NCBI GenBank assembly: GCA_963768055.1
Contig: CAVYGN010000001.1
Span: forward strand, 608,001 to 672,000
Direction: 5' to 3'
From: an uncultured Spirochaetota bacterium
GTDB lineage: Bacteria > Spirochaetota > Brevinematia > Brevinematales > JAOACQ01
DNA length: 64,000 nucleotides
The notes under the pieces are model-generated. The model saw only the letters and a program-made list of their open reading frames with translations, made no database searches and was not told the origin of the DNA. Each line of letters begins with the position of its first letter. The stretch's first letter is position 1. The position numbers and the translations under genes were made by a program. Below, one piece after another: positions 10,798 through 20,929 of the stretch.

Positions 10798-12084
10798 TTG
10801 AAAAATAACAAATATGAAATCGTATTAAGTTTAATTACAGGAATAATTTCATCAATAATCTCTTCAATTATACTTCAATATTTGAACTTAAAAATCTCCC
10901 AAATAGCAATATATCTTTATTCTATTTTTTTATCATTTATAATTTTAGGATTATTAATCACATATATAGTTATTAGAAAAAGGATTACCAAATATAAGGA
11001 GGACGTTACAGATTTTTTAAATGAGGTAAATAAAAGAATATTATCGTTATCTTATGAATGTTCAACAAGAAAAGAATTCCATGACTGGATTTCAAAAGGA
11101 ATATTAATGTATTTAAATGCAATTCCAGGATTATTAGCCTTAAAATATAAAACCACAGCTAAATCAACTTCAAAGAAATCCCAATTTTTTGCTGCTTTAT
11201 ATTTTTATAATAATGTAAAAGGAAATATTACTTTTGAAAATTATGGATTAAAAGAATTTGGTATTGAGGGAGAATCATTAATTAGCGCAGATCATATTAA
11301 GGGTTTATCAGATGATACAAAGAAGAATGCCACTGATACAATATTTGGATGGGTACTTGACCAAGAAAAAACAAAAGAACATAATATTATGCGAAAAGCT
11401 GAAAAGTTGGGAAGTAAAATGGCCTGGAATCCTAAGTTTATTCAGACTGGTATAGGAAATAATAAATATATATCAATTAAAAGTGGTTTTTCAATATTAC
11501 TTGAGTATCAAGGAAACAATATAGGAATATTAGGTGTTGGGGCTACAGAATATTATGGAATATGGCTTGATGAGTGTGCATATATTCAACAAATATCCTC
11601 TAATATCATCCAATGGCTTATACATATGGAAAACTTATGCCCATGGCATAGAAGGGGGTGGAGACAGATTAATACATTAATTCCTATAATAGACTATAAG
11701 TTTACTTTTTCAAAAAACCAATATTCAGATGAAGAAGTTGATGAGAAACTAAATAGACCAGAATTTGAACATTTAAAGGGCTATTATAAAGAAAGAATTA
11801 ATATGATTAAAAATTCTAAAATTGATGAAGTCTATATAACAGGTTCTTTTAATGGTTGGAGAAAAGACCATTTAAAAATGAGATATAATAAAGAAGCAAA
11901 TGAGTGGGAAGTAATTATTCATCTTCCAAAAGGAGGAAGCGAAGATGCAGAAAAAAAGAAAGATGGATATTATGAGTATTGTTATATTGTAAAAATAAAT
12001 AACCAGGATTATTGGATATTTAATGCTTCCGCCGATATTAAAAGAGGAGATCAGAATAATATCAATTCAGTGCTAATATTGTGA
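10798..12084 (+). CDS. Membrane protein: 2 TM + GAF-like region + C-terminal CBM48/AMPK-type glycogen-binding domain
   Basis: TTG start after ggagg; SGFSILL...IGILGVG (GAF-like); VYITGSFNGW...W...L..G.YEYCYIV (CBM48-like). Confidence 0.65.
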   Translation: MKNNKYEIVLSLITGIISSIISSIILQYLNLKISQIAIYLYSIFLSFIILGLLITYIVIRKRITKYKEDVTDFLNEVNKRILSLSYECSTRKEFHDWISKGILMYLNAIPGLLALKYKTTAKSTSKKSQFFAALYFYNNVKGNITFENYGLKEFGIEGESLISADHIKGLSDDTKKNATDTIFGWVLDQEKTKEHNIMRKAEKLGSKMAWNPKFIQTGIGNNKYISIKSGFSILLEYQGNNIGILGVGATEYYGIWLDECAYIQQISSNIIQWLIHMENLCPWHRRGWRQINTLIPIIDYKFTFSKNQYSDEEVDEKLNRPEFEHLKGYYKERINMIKNSKIDEVYITGSFNGWRKDHLKMRYNKEANEWEVIIHLPKGGSEDAEKKKDGYYEYCYIVKINNQDYWIFNASADIKRGDQNNINSVLIL

Positions 12085-12780
12085 GTAAATTTGGAGGGTG
12101 TATGTGTGATATTGAGAGTAAGGGTGCAATTGAAAAATTATTAGATGGTGACATAGATGAATATACATTTATTAAGAATTTCAATGGGAATTGTTATGTT
12201 CCTTCCTTTCGTAGTAATTTAGATATGGCTATTCGAATAAAAAAAGGAGTTTTAAATAAACTATTTAAAAAAATAAAAAATAGTGAATAAGTTTAATCCT
12301 TTTTAAAAAGTATCTTAAGCAAGGAGTTAGGTTAATCGGAACTATCCACATAATTTTTGGTGTCTGGTATCATTCAATAATATTAATACTTTTAGGACTG
12401 CTAATTATTTTATTCGGCTAGTTCCGAGGCGTTTTATTTCCGAATAAAGGTTTATGAGGAACTTCTTTTAAATTTTAGAAGAGTTTATAGGAATTCAGAG
12501 TAAAATACCCCTTACTTTATCTAAATTTGGGCGAAGTTATAAAAGGTGCTTAAAGTAAGCACCGGCAAAAAGACATTATTTGTGCCTTCAAGGGTCAAAT
12601 GGTAATCACAATCAGGATTCCCCTCTTAATTCTAAGCAGAATTCCACCCCAGACTACAAATAGAATTCCCCCTGTAACTCCAGTCTGGCATTGCCAGACT
12701 TATAGCCTTTATTTAATTTATTTGAAAAATTTTTTCCATAAAATTATAATTGAGAAAATAGTAGAATAAGGAGAGAGACT

Positions 12781-12978
12781 ATGGCAGAGGATGATGAAAT
12801 TGACTCAGTTGATGACTCAGAAGATAATTCGGGTTATGATGAAGATGAAGGCTTAGATTTAGTTGATGAATCGGACCATGAAGAAGAATATGAAGAAGCT
12901 GGTTATTATGACTCTCCTTATGAAGAAGATACAAATGATGGGGAACTTCCTACTGATGGGGATGATGAATATTATTGA
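12781..12978 (+). CDS. Very acidic small protein
   Basis: RBS aaggag; roughly half Asp/Glu. Confidence 0.6.
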   Translation: MAEDDEIDSVDDSEDNSGYDEDEGLDLVDESDHEEEYEEAGYYDSPYEEDTNDGELPTDGDDEYY

Positions 12979-13096
12979 ATGAATTCTTCATATTTACTCT
13001 TTCATCACAAACAATTTTCCTCCATAACATCGATTTTAACTTTTTCAAAATCAACCTTAAAATCAAGGCAGAATAATATTACAAAGGGGTAAATCA

Positions 13097-13720
13097 TTGG
13101 AAAATGGATTAACAGGAATACCCACAGACATTTTTGACCAGAAACTGACTGACAGATTTCACAGTGAATCTCTAAAATGGGTGGAAAAGAATGTAAAAAG
13201 CAGATATTTAAATAGAACCATTGAAGAAGGAATAGTTTTAGTTTCAAACATATATGAAAAATTCAATGAGATACTGCCATATTTTGAATCAAAATCCTCC
13301 TGCACAAAGGGATGTGTAGCCTGCTGTAAATTTTTTGTTGAAACAACAGCTTTAGAATATCTGATTTTAAAACAGTATTTCCTGGGAAAATTTAATAAAG
13401 AAGAAAGGGAAAATATTATAAATAAGGCTCGGCTGTCCATGAAGGAAAATATGGATGTTAAGACTGTTAAAATTTCTAAAGTGGATTATTTTAATAAAAA
13501 CATTCCCTGCATATTTTTAATCAATAATGAGTGCTCTGTTTATGATGCCAGACCGTATCAATGCAGGAAATACCTGTCAGCTGAGGATAAGGACAAATGC
13601 ACAGGTGTATTTTTTTCAATAAGCGTAATGGACTTATTATCACAAGCTATTGTAAAACTGAATGTCGATGTTTATAATGAATCGATGATAAGCTCATTGC
13701 CTTTGTGGATTGTTATCTGA
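13097..13720 (+). CDS. YkgJ / CxxCxxCC Fe-S or Zn cluster protein
   Basis: CTKGCVACC, CIFL..ECSVYDARPYQCR. Confidence 0.85.
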   Translation: MENGLTGIPTDIFDQKLTDRFHSESLKWVEKNVKSRYLNRTIEEGIVLVSNIYEKFNEILPYFESKSSCTKGCVACCKFFVETTALEYLILKQYFLGKFNKEERENIINKARLSMKENMDVKTVKISKVDYFNKNIPCIFLINNECSVYDARPYQCRKYLSAEDKDKCTGVFFSISVMDLLSQAIVKLNVDVYNESMISSLPLWIVI

Positions 13721-13967
13721 CTTGAATCAAGGGAGCTTATAGACAAGAAATGAAACTCGGGGCTATATAATTCTCCACTTTCACCGGTTTCACTTTCCTA
13801 ATAACACCGATCTGATTTTTCGCTTTTGATGGAAGCAGGGTGGTCCACTAAAAATGCCGGGGAGGTGGGTCATGAAGGTGCAGGATCAATAAATCAAAAT
13901 CAAAGATGTGTTGATTTTTTAAAATTATTTTGATATAATAATTTTTATTGAAAAGGGAAATAGTAAA

Positions 13968-14624
13968 ATGAGACTAAATAAAAATAAAATTGAAAGTCTT
14001 ATAATTGGTGCTATTGGCTGTTTGGTTGTAACAAATATTATTCAACCTCTATTAGTATTATTAGCTAATTTGCTTATAAATGTTGGAAATAAAGTTTTTC
14101 CAAAAATAATAAATAGCATTTATATAGACATAGCCTCTGGTTCAACTAATTATAGCTTTATAATATTTTCATTATTATTGGTGTTAGTAATGGCAGTGTT
14201 GATTTATAGAGTTCATTTTTTATATGATAAATTAAGAGAATCAATAAAAAATCTAAAAGAAGCAATGCTAGGAAAAAAAGAACCTACTAATGAAGAAATA
14301 GAAGAATCTAAAAGGAAAGCTGAAAATATTTTAAAAACATCTGGAAAAATATTAAAAACAGATAAAATAATTTCAATTATTCTTTTATCAATAATTATTA
14401 TTAATATTATTTATATAATCTCGATTGGTTATTATAAAGACCAAGAAATAAGTAAATTTAGCCAGGTTATAAAAATATTGCATCCATATATAACTGAGCA
14501 AGAAAAAAATATTTTAGAATCAAATTTTTCATCAATGAGTTCCTATCAAGATTATAAGAATTTATATGATAAAATCGCTTTAATATGCAAAGATAATAAT
14601 ATTATTATGAAATTCAATTATTAG
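13968..14624 (+). CDS. Hypothetical 3-TM membrane protein
   Basis: Hydrophobic segments separated by a coiled coil. Confidence 0.7.
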   Translation: MRLNKNKIESLIIGAIGCLVVTNIIQPLLVLLANLLINVGNKVFPKIINSIYIDIASGSTNYSFIIFSLLLVLVMAVLIYRVHFLYDKLRESIKNLKEAMLGKKEPTNEEIEESKRKAENILKTSGKILKTDKIISIILLSIIIINIIYIISIGYYKDQEISKFSQVIKILHPYITEQEKNILESNFSSMSSYQDYKNLYDKIALICKDNNIIMKFNY

Positions 14625-14680
14625 TATTTTGTCAATATAGAAAATATTTCAAAACATGATTATTATTACTTTTAAGATTA

Positions 14681-15253
14681 TCACCCCTTCTTCCCCATCT
14701 CTTCAACACAATCCAGCCCAGCATTTATTAAGAGATCATTGAACATAATCTTCTTCTCATTTATCCTGGCTGTTTTTTGAAGCATATTCCCATCTATGAT
14801 TTTCTCCCTGGCTTCTTTGAGCTTGTCGCTAATGAAATCATAAAACCATAGCTTGAGGTGAATTTTATTTTTGATCGGTTGCCCTGCTATTTTGCCCTTT
14901 AATTTAAGCAAATATTCGCAGCCATTCTTAATTATAAACTCATTAAAATATCGTGCTTTGCCGGCAAATAACTTCTCTACATACTTTTTCTCAATCTCAA
15001 AATACCTGTTATAAACAATCTTTGAAACAGTAAAGGTGCTAAAATCAATCTTTTCAGTGGTGATATTCTTACCCATTTTTGAAGCATTTTCTTTAACTAC
15101 CGCTTTAAATACCGGGATCACTTTTTTCATAATCAGCTTATCCAGGGTTTGAGGTTCATAGTCTCTGATGAGTATTTTTCGTAATACTTTGTATTGTGCT
15201 TCAAGTTCTCTTTCTTCTTCATCATCCGCATAGTTTGGCAGATTAATAGGCAT
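14681..15253 (-). CDS. Hypothetical protein
   Basis: 190-aa ORF with RBS aaggag. Confidence 0.65.
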   Translation of the reverse strand: MPINLPNYADDEEERELEAQYKVLRKILIRDYEPQTLDKLIMKKVIPVFKAVVKENASKMGKNITTEKIDFSTFTVSKIVYNRYFEIEKKYVEKLFAGKARYFNEFIIKNGCEYLLKLKGKIAGQPIKNKIHLKLWFYDFISDKLKEAREKIIDGNMLQKTARINEKKIMFNDLLINAGLDCVEEMGKKG

Positions 15254-15451
15254 AAAGGGGCTCCTTATTGATTTTCCATTATTTTACTTTGTTTTTGCCA
15301 AAATGTAAATGATAAAAGGCTTGTTTTTTGGGTGGGGATGTGATAGAATAAATTTGAAAATAAATATTGTATAAATTATTTAGGTGTTTTTCTTAAAGCT
15401 TTCTTTTGGGTAATAAAGTGAGAATAATTATTATGGATATAGGAGTTGTAT

Positions 15452-16198
15452 ATGAAAATTCCAGTTTTTATTAGTTATTTTGATAAGGATAAAAGGAAGC
15501 TTGAAATATTAAGAAAGAAATTAATAGATACTAATTATTTTGAACCTATAATAATCGCCGACAGAAAAGAGCCTATGAAATCATTAATTTCAAAAGTTAT
15601 AACTGGAATAAAAAGTTCAAAATATTTTATTCCCATATTAACGATTAGATCAATTAATGAACAATGGATTAATCAAGAAATAGGTTATACTATTTCTTAT
15701 AATGAAAACAATCAAATCAAAATTTATCCTATTATTGAAAAAAAATTATTAACAAAACTAAAAGGGTTTGTCCATAAGGAATTCGATTTGCCTTTCTTAT
15801 TTAATACTCATTCCAATAAAGGGGTTGAAAATAAAAATTATAGTAGATGTATTGATGGTTTAATATTACATTTAACAGCAGAAAATAAAGCGATAAATCC
15901 TTCAGATGTTTTTATTGGTAAGTGGAAGAATGAATGTTCTCAAGGTTCACAAAATGGTTCAGAAATATTCTTTATTAAGGATCAGAATAAATATTTCACA
16001 GGGGATCAGCATTGGTTTAATATTATAGATTTTAAATTTGATGAAAAGGGGAAAACTTTAAGTTTTAATAAAATTGGTATTAAAGAAGGAGATAATAGGA
16101 AATTAGTAAATAATTTAAAAATAATAAATAATGAATTATTTGAAGGAGAAGAAATAGATAATAGCATTATTTGGGAAATTAAGTATTCAAAGCAATAG
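15452..16198 (+). CDS. TIR domain protein with a C-terminal beta-rich domain
   Basis: VFISY, FIPILT..S...WINQEIG (putative catalytic Glu). Confidence 0.8.
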   Translation: MKIPVFISYFDKDKRKLEILRKKLIDTNYFEPIIIADRKEPMKSLISKVITGIKSSKYFIPILTIRSINEQWINQEIGYTISYNENNQIKIYPIIEKKLLTKLKGFVHKEFDLPFLFNTHSNKGVENKNYSRCIDGLILHLTAENKAINPSDVFIGKWKNECSQGSQNGSEIFFIKDQNKYFTGDQHWFNIIDFKFDEKGKTLSFNKIGIKEGDNRKLVNNLKIINNELFEGEEIDNSIIWEIKYSKQ

Positions 16199-16208
16199 AT
16201 TATAATTT

Positions 16209-16412
16209 CTAATCTTCCACCAATTCCAGCACCTTTTCACCATGGAGCTTTGATATAAGGGTTTCCCTTACCAATTCATCAGATGCCGGTACTTCTAAAG
16301 AAAGGGAAGCGATAGTTTCACCATTATCCAGAATTTCTGTTATAAAAGTTTCATCAAATTGCTTTGTCTGAATCCAATATAATTTTCCATTAAATTCAAT
16401 GTAATGTGGCAT
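16209..16412 (-). CDS. Small hypothetical protein
   Basis: RBS aaggaggg. Confidence 0.55.
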   Translation of the reverse strand: MPHYIEFNGKLYWIQTKQFDETFITEILDNGETIASLSLEVPASDELVRETLISKLHGEKVLELVED

Positions 16413-16563
16413 ATTACCCTCCTTATAAAAAAATATCGGATAAATTTATTTTGAGATAAGGGGGAAGATCAAATCCTGGCATGGTCAGACAAATCCATAA
16501 TCTTTTGCCTGAAATATGGGGCGGGTGTATAATGAACAATGGAATCAAGGTGGTTTTTATAAA

Positions 16564-19500
16564 ATGAGTGAAAGATTATTTACAGAATCTTTTTTTAAGA
16601 AAAATGATTATTTCAGAAAAGAAAGTAATTTAACTAATGATAAATTAAGAGAGATAAAAGAGATTGTAATAAATTGGCAAAAACGTTGCGAAAATTTTAA
16701 TTCAAAGACTGATCATGAAACAGCAGATGAAGATCAATTTATGAATGCTGTTTTTGAAAAAATTTTGGGTTATAATGGGAAAGCCTTGATTTATAATAAT
16801 TATAATTATACAAGTAATTTTACTATAGAGGGAAGTGGATCATCAGGTAAAAGTGGATTTGCAGATAGAGCTCTTGGTTATTTTGGGCAAGATAATCTTG
16901 TTGCTCAAGTTCTTATAGAATTCAAAGATCAGAAATCTAATGATTTGGACAAACCTTCATCCAGAAAAGATAAATTATCCCCTGTAAATCAATGTTGGAA
17001 TTACTTGAACTATTATCCTGAAGCTAAATGGGGCATAGTATCAAACTTTAATGAAATTCGTTTATATAATAAAGCTAGCGGTAAAAATAAATGCGAAATA
17101 TTTTATTTCATTCCACCTGATTTATTCCATAATCCTTTATCAGTTGATACTGAATTAATGAAATTCATAACTTTGTTAAGTAAAGATCATATATTAACAA
17201 ATTTTGGAAAATCTTTTACAGAAGATTTGCTTTTAAAGCAAGGTTCAGCTGAAGAAATGGTTCGGAAAGAATTTTATATTAAATATAAATACCTTAGAAA
17301 AGAAGTGTTTCAGGAAATACTATACATAAATAAACAATATGAAAGTGAAAAAAATAGGTTATTATTACTTGTTCAGAAATTTTTAGATCGTATCATATTT
17401 TGTTGGTTTTGTGAGGATTCACGAGAAAATTTATTACCTACAAATATTCTTTCAGAAGTTATATCAGAAGAAAGTAAAGGAAAATTTTATAAAAGAACAG
17501 AATTTACCACATGGGAAAAGGTCAAGGCTTTATTTAGAGCAATTGACAAAGGGGAAGGTTTCAATATTAAAGTTGGCTATAATGGGGGTTTATTTAAAGA
17601 AGATAAGGAATTGGATAATTTAAAAATTCGGAATCATATCTTTGATGATATTTCAGCGATTGGCAAACAATATGATTTTGGGAATGAAAATGAGTTAAAT
17701 GTAAACATATTGGGGCATATTTTTGAACAATCAATAACTGATCTTGAGGATATGCGCTCTACTTTTATGGTCATGGAAGAGGGTTTAAAAGAAAAAGAGG
17801 TTTCAAAAAGAAAAAAAGAAGGAGTATATTATACCCCAGAATATATAACTCATTATATTGTTGAAAATACTGTTGGAGCATGGTTGAAAGAAAAATACCA
17901 GGGTTGTGAAAAAAAGTATTCCAATAAATTCAAAAACAGGGAAGAATTGGTTAGGATTAATTATCGTGATAACTATTTAAAAAAAATTAAAATACTTGAT
18001 CCTGCTTGTGGTTCCGGAGCATTTCTTATAGCCTCTTTTAATTACCTATGGAACGAACACCTACGAATTTATAATGAATTAAAAAGTTTAAAGGAAGATA
18101 AAAAACTTCTTTTATTGGACTTAGATGAGGTTGACCGTAGTATTCTCGAAAATAATCTATATGGCGTTGACTTAAATTCAGAATCTGTTGAGATAACAAA
18201 ACTTTCTTTATGGTTAAAAACTGCTCATAGAGGGAAAAAACTGAACAATTTGGATAATACCATAAAATGTGGAAACTCTTTAATTGATGATCCTACTATT
18301 GCGGGAGAAAAAGCTTTTAATTGGGAAGAACACTTCTCAGAAATATTTTCAAATGGTGGTTTTGATGTTATTATTGGAAATCCTCCATATGTAGTATTAA
18401 GTTCATTTAAAAATAAAGAATTTTCCTATTTACAAAATAAATATTCAACTTCTTATGGGAGATTAAATACTTTTGCTCTTTTTTTGGAAAGGATTAGTAA
18501 AAACCTTATAAATAAAAACAATTATAAAATTGGGCTAATAATACCTGATTCACTCTGCTTAATTGATTATTACACCGATTTAAGAAAATTTCTATTAGAT
18601 TCTCATTCTTTAAAAACAATCATTGAACTTGGCGATGGAATATTTGACGATGCAGTTGTCCCTTCAATAATCATAATTATGAATAATAAAACAAAAAATA
18701 ATGTAATGAAAATTGGTTTTGGAAAAAGAGTTTTTGAGAAAAATATATATTCGGAAATTAATCAGGATTACTATTATCATACACCAAAATATTCTTATAA
18801 TTTACATGTTGATAAAATATCAATAAAACTTAATAATTTAATTGATAACAAAACTTTTTTTAAACTCAAAGATGTAATCCAAATAAAAATAGGTATATGC
18901 ACTGGTGCTAATGATAAACACATTTCTGATAATTCAATATTTCCTAATTCAAAAAAGTTGATTCAAGGCAAAGATATAAATAGATACTCTTTGATTTATG
19001 ATGGTAAATATGTAAATTATGACCGGAAAGCATTACTCCGAGCTAGAGATGAAAGTATTTTCATTCTTAAAGAAAAGCTTTTTATGCGACAAACTTCTGA
19101 TGAATTAATTTTATCATTTGATGATGAACAATATTATGCAATAGATTCATTATTCATTCTTTATCCAATCAGCCAAATTTTAAATTTAAAATATTGTTTA
19201 TGCTTATTAAATTCTAAATTATTGAATCGGCAATATCAGAAATTAAATCCTGAAGCAGGAAGAGTATTTGCGCAAGTTAAAATTGATTATGTTAATGAAT
19301 TAACTATTGCTGTACTACTACCAGAAGAACAAAAACCATTTATTGAAAAAGCTGATTGTATGCTTTACTTTAACAGAACTCATCATGATAAACAATCAAA
19401 ATTTCTTAATCGTTTGAAAGACAATTTTCATTCCATAAAAATAACAGAGAAACTTGAAGACTTCTATGATTCAGATTTCTCGGCTTTTCTCGATGAATTG

Positions 19501-19686
19501 AAAAAACAGAAAATTTATTTGGGATTGAAAGACCAAGATGAATGGGGAGATTATTTTAAGGGTTATCAAAAAGAACTTTTGAAATTGAAGGCGGAAATTG
19601 AAAAGACAGATTATGATATTGACCGAATGGTCTATGAACTTTATGGTCTGACGGATGAGGAAATTAAGGTGGTGGAGGGGGAATGA
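16564..19686 (+). CDS. Type IIG (Eco57I/TaqI-like) fused restriction-modification enzyme
   Basis: D...IEFK nuclease motif, GVYYTP, DPACGSGAF (motif I), GNPPY (motif IV), TaqI_C-like target-recognition region, YELYGLT.EEI end. Confidence 0.92.
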   Translation: MSERLFTESFFKKNDYFRKESNLTNDKLREIKEIVINWQKRCENFNSKTDHETADEDQFMNAVFEKILGYNGKALIYNNYNYTSNFTIEGSGSSGKSGFADRALGYFGQDNLVAQVLIEFKDQKSNDLDKPSSRKDKLSPVNQCWNYLNYYPEAKWGIVSNFNEIRLYNKASGKNKCEIFYFIPPDLFHNPLSVDTELMKFITLLSKDHILTNFGKSFTEDLLLKQGSAEEMVRKEFYIKYKYLRKEVFQEILYINKQYESEKNRLLLLVQKFLDRIIFCWFCEDSRENLLPTNILSEVISEESKGKFYKRTEFTTWEKVKALFRAIDKGEGFNIKVGYNGGLFKEDKELDNLKIRNHIFDDISAIGKQYDFGNENELNVNILGHIFEQSITDLEDMRSTFMVMEEGLKEKEVSKRKKEGVYYTPEYITHYIVENTVGAWLKEKYQGCEKKYSNKFKNREELVRINYRDNYLKKIKILDPACGSGAFLIASFNYLWNEHLRIYNELKSLKEDKKLLLLDLDEVDRSILENNLYGVDLNSESVEITKLSLWLKTAHRGKKLNNLDNTIKCGNSLIDDPTIAGEKAFNWEEHFSEIFSNGGFDVIIGNPPYVVLSSFKNKEFSYLQNKYSTSYGRLNTFALFLERISKNLINKNNYKIGLIIPDSLCLIDYYTDLRKFLLDSHSLKTIIELGDGIFDDAVVPSIIIIMNNKTKNNVMKIGFGKRVFEKNIYSEINQDYYYHTPKYSYNLHVDKISIKLNNLIDNKTFFKLKDVIQIKIGICTGANDKHISDNSIFPNSKKLIQGKDINRYSLIYDGKYVNYDRKALLRARDESIFILKEKLFMRQTSDELILSFDDEQYYAIDSLFILYPISQILNLKYCLCLLNSKLLNRQYQKLNPEAGRVFAQVKIDYVNELTIAVLLPEEQKPFIEKADCMLYFNRTHHDKQSKFLNRLKDNFHSIKITEKLEDFYDSDFSAFLDELKKQKIYLGLKDQDEWGDYFKGYQKELLKLKAEIEKTDYDIDRMVYELYGLTDEEIKVVEGE

Positions 19687-20870
19687 TTCCTAAAAATTTA
19701 GAAGAAATTCAAGAAAGTGATATTCAATACTTTGTTGATAATAATATAATTGAAAATAAAACATTAGAATATAAAGAAATAGTTAATCTAAATACAGTAG
19801 AAGAAAAAAATGAATTTCTGGCGGATGTGTCTTCTTTTTCAAATAGCTCAGGTGGAGACTTAATAATTGGAATTCAACAAAATAAACAAGAAGGAACTTT
19901 TATTATAAAGGGAATTGAGCTTAATAATAATGAAATTGATAATTTAATATTAAAAATGGAAAATATCATCAGGGATTCCTTGGAGCCAAGATTAAGCCCA
20001 ATCCCTAATATTAGACCAATCCAATTATCAAATTCAAAATATATTATCATTATTAGAATAAGGAGAAGCTGGAATAGTCCCCATAGAATAAAAACAAATA
20101 AACAATTTTTTTCGAGACATTCTTCAGGGAAGTATCAGCTTGATATTGGAGAAATTAAAAATGCTTTTTTATTAAACGAAACTTTATATGATAAAATTCG
20201 TAGATTTAGAGAAGAGAGGATTGCTTTTATTTTTTCAGATGAAAATGAATTTCAAATGAATTCTTTTGGGAAAATCTTATTACATATTATTCCTCTATCT
20301 TCATTCGAGTTAAATGATAATAATAATGATATAAACCTTTTTAAACAAAATGAAATCCGTCCTTTATCTGGTTTTGGATTTGGAATTAATTCCAAAATAA
20401 ATTTTAATGGTTATATGACATATTCTGCGCCAAAAAAAAACGATCTAAATATTTATTTCTGTAGTTATATTCAATTTTTTCAAAAAGGGATAATTGAAAT
20501 ATTTGATGAAGGAATTTTATTTCCCTTTAATAATGGTAAGTTGATTTATAAAAGTATTGAGCTTGAAAAGAGTATATTAGATATAATAAAATCAATTATT
20601 GAATTATTTAAAAATAAAAACATATTGTTTCCATTTTTATTATTTATGAATTTATTTAAAATTAAAGGATATATATTGCCATATGGAAATAATATAGATT
20701 ATTCTGAACCATTATCACTTAATTATTTATCTCTTGGCGAAATGTTTATAGAAGATTATTCATTTGATGTTTCAAAGAAATTAAAAATATGGTTTGACAA
20801 AATATGGAATGCTTTTGGATATCCACAATCTAATAATTTTAATCAAGAAGGTAATTGGATTAATAGATGA
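19683..20870 (+). CDS. Schlafen/AlbA_2 domain protein
   Basis: ENKTLEYKE, DVSSFSNSSGGDLIIG, SPH; ATGA overlap with the R-M gene. Confidence 0.85.
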   Translation: MIPKNLEEIQESDIQYFVDNNIIENKTLEYKEIVNLNTVEEKNEFLADVSSFSNSSGGDLIIGIQQNKQEGTFIIKGIELNNNEIDNLILKMENIIRDSLEPRLSPIPNIRPIQLSNSKYIIIIRIRRSWNSPHRIKTNKQFFSRHSSGKYQLDIGEIKNAFLLNETLYDKIRRFREERIAFIFSDENEFQMNSFGKILLHIIPLSSFELNDNNNDINLFKQNEIRPLSGFGFGINSKINFNGYMTYSAPKKNDLNIYFCSYIQFFQKGIIEIFDEGILFPFNNGKLIYKSIELEKSILDIIKSIIELFKNKNILFPFLLFMNLFKIKGYILPYGNNIDYSEPLSLNYLSLGEMFIEDYSFDVSKKLKIWFDKIWNAFGYPQSNNFNQEGNWINR

Positions 20871-20910
20871 ACCTGCTGAAGAGTTGTTGAAGCGGATTTT
20901 GGAGGAGAAG
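20866..20910 (+). pseudogene. Fragment resembling a Type I HsdS segment (DEPAEELLKRILEEK)
   Basis: Matches the DEPA.xLL.RI..EK motif of HsdS subunits; only 15 codons. Confidence 0.5.
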
Positions 20911-20929
20911 AGTGGTAGAATAATAAATT

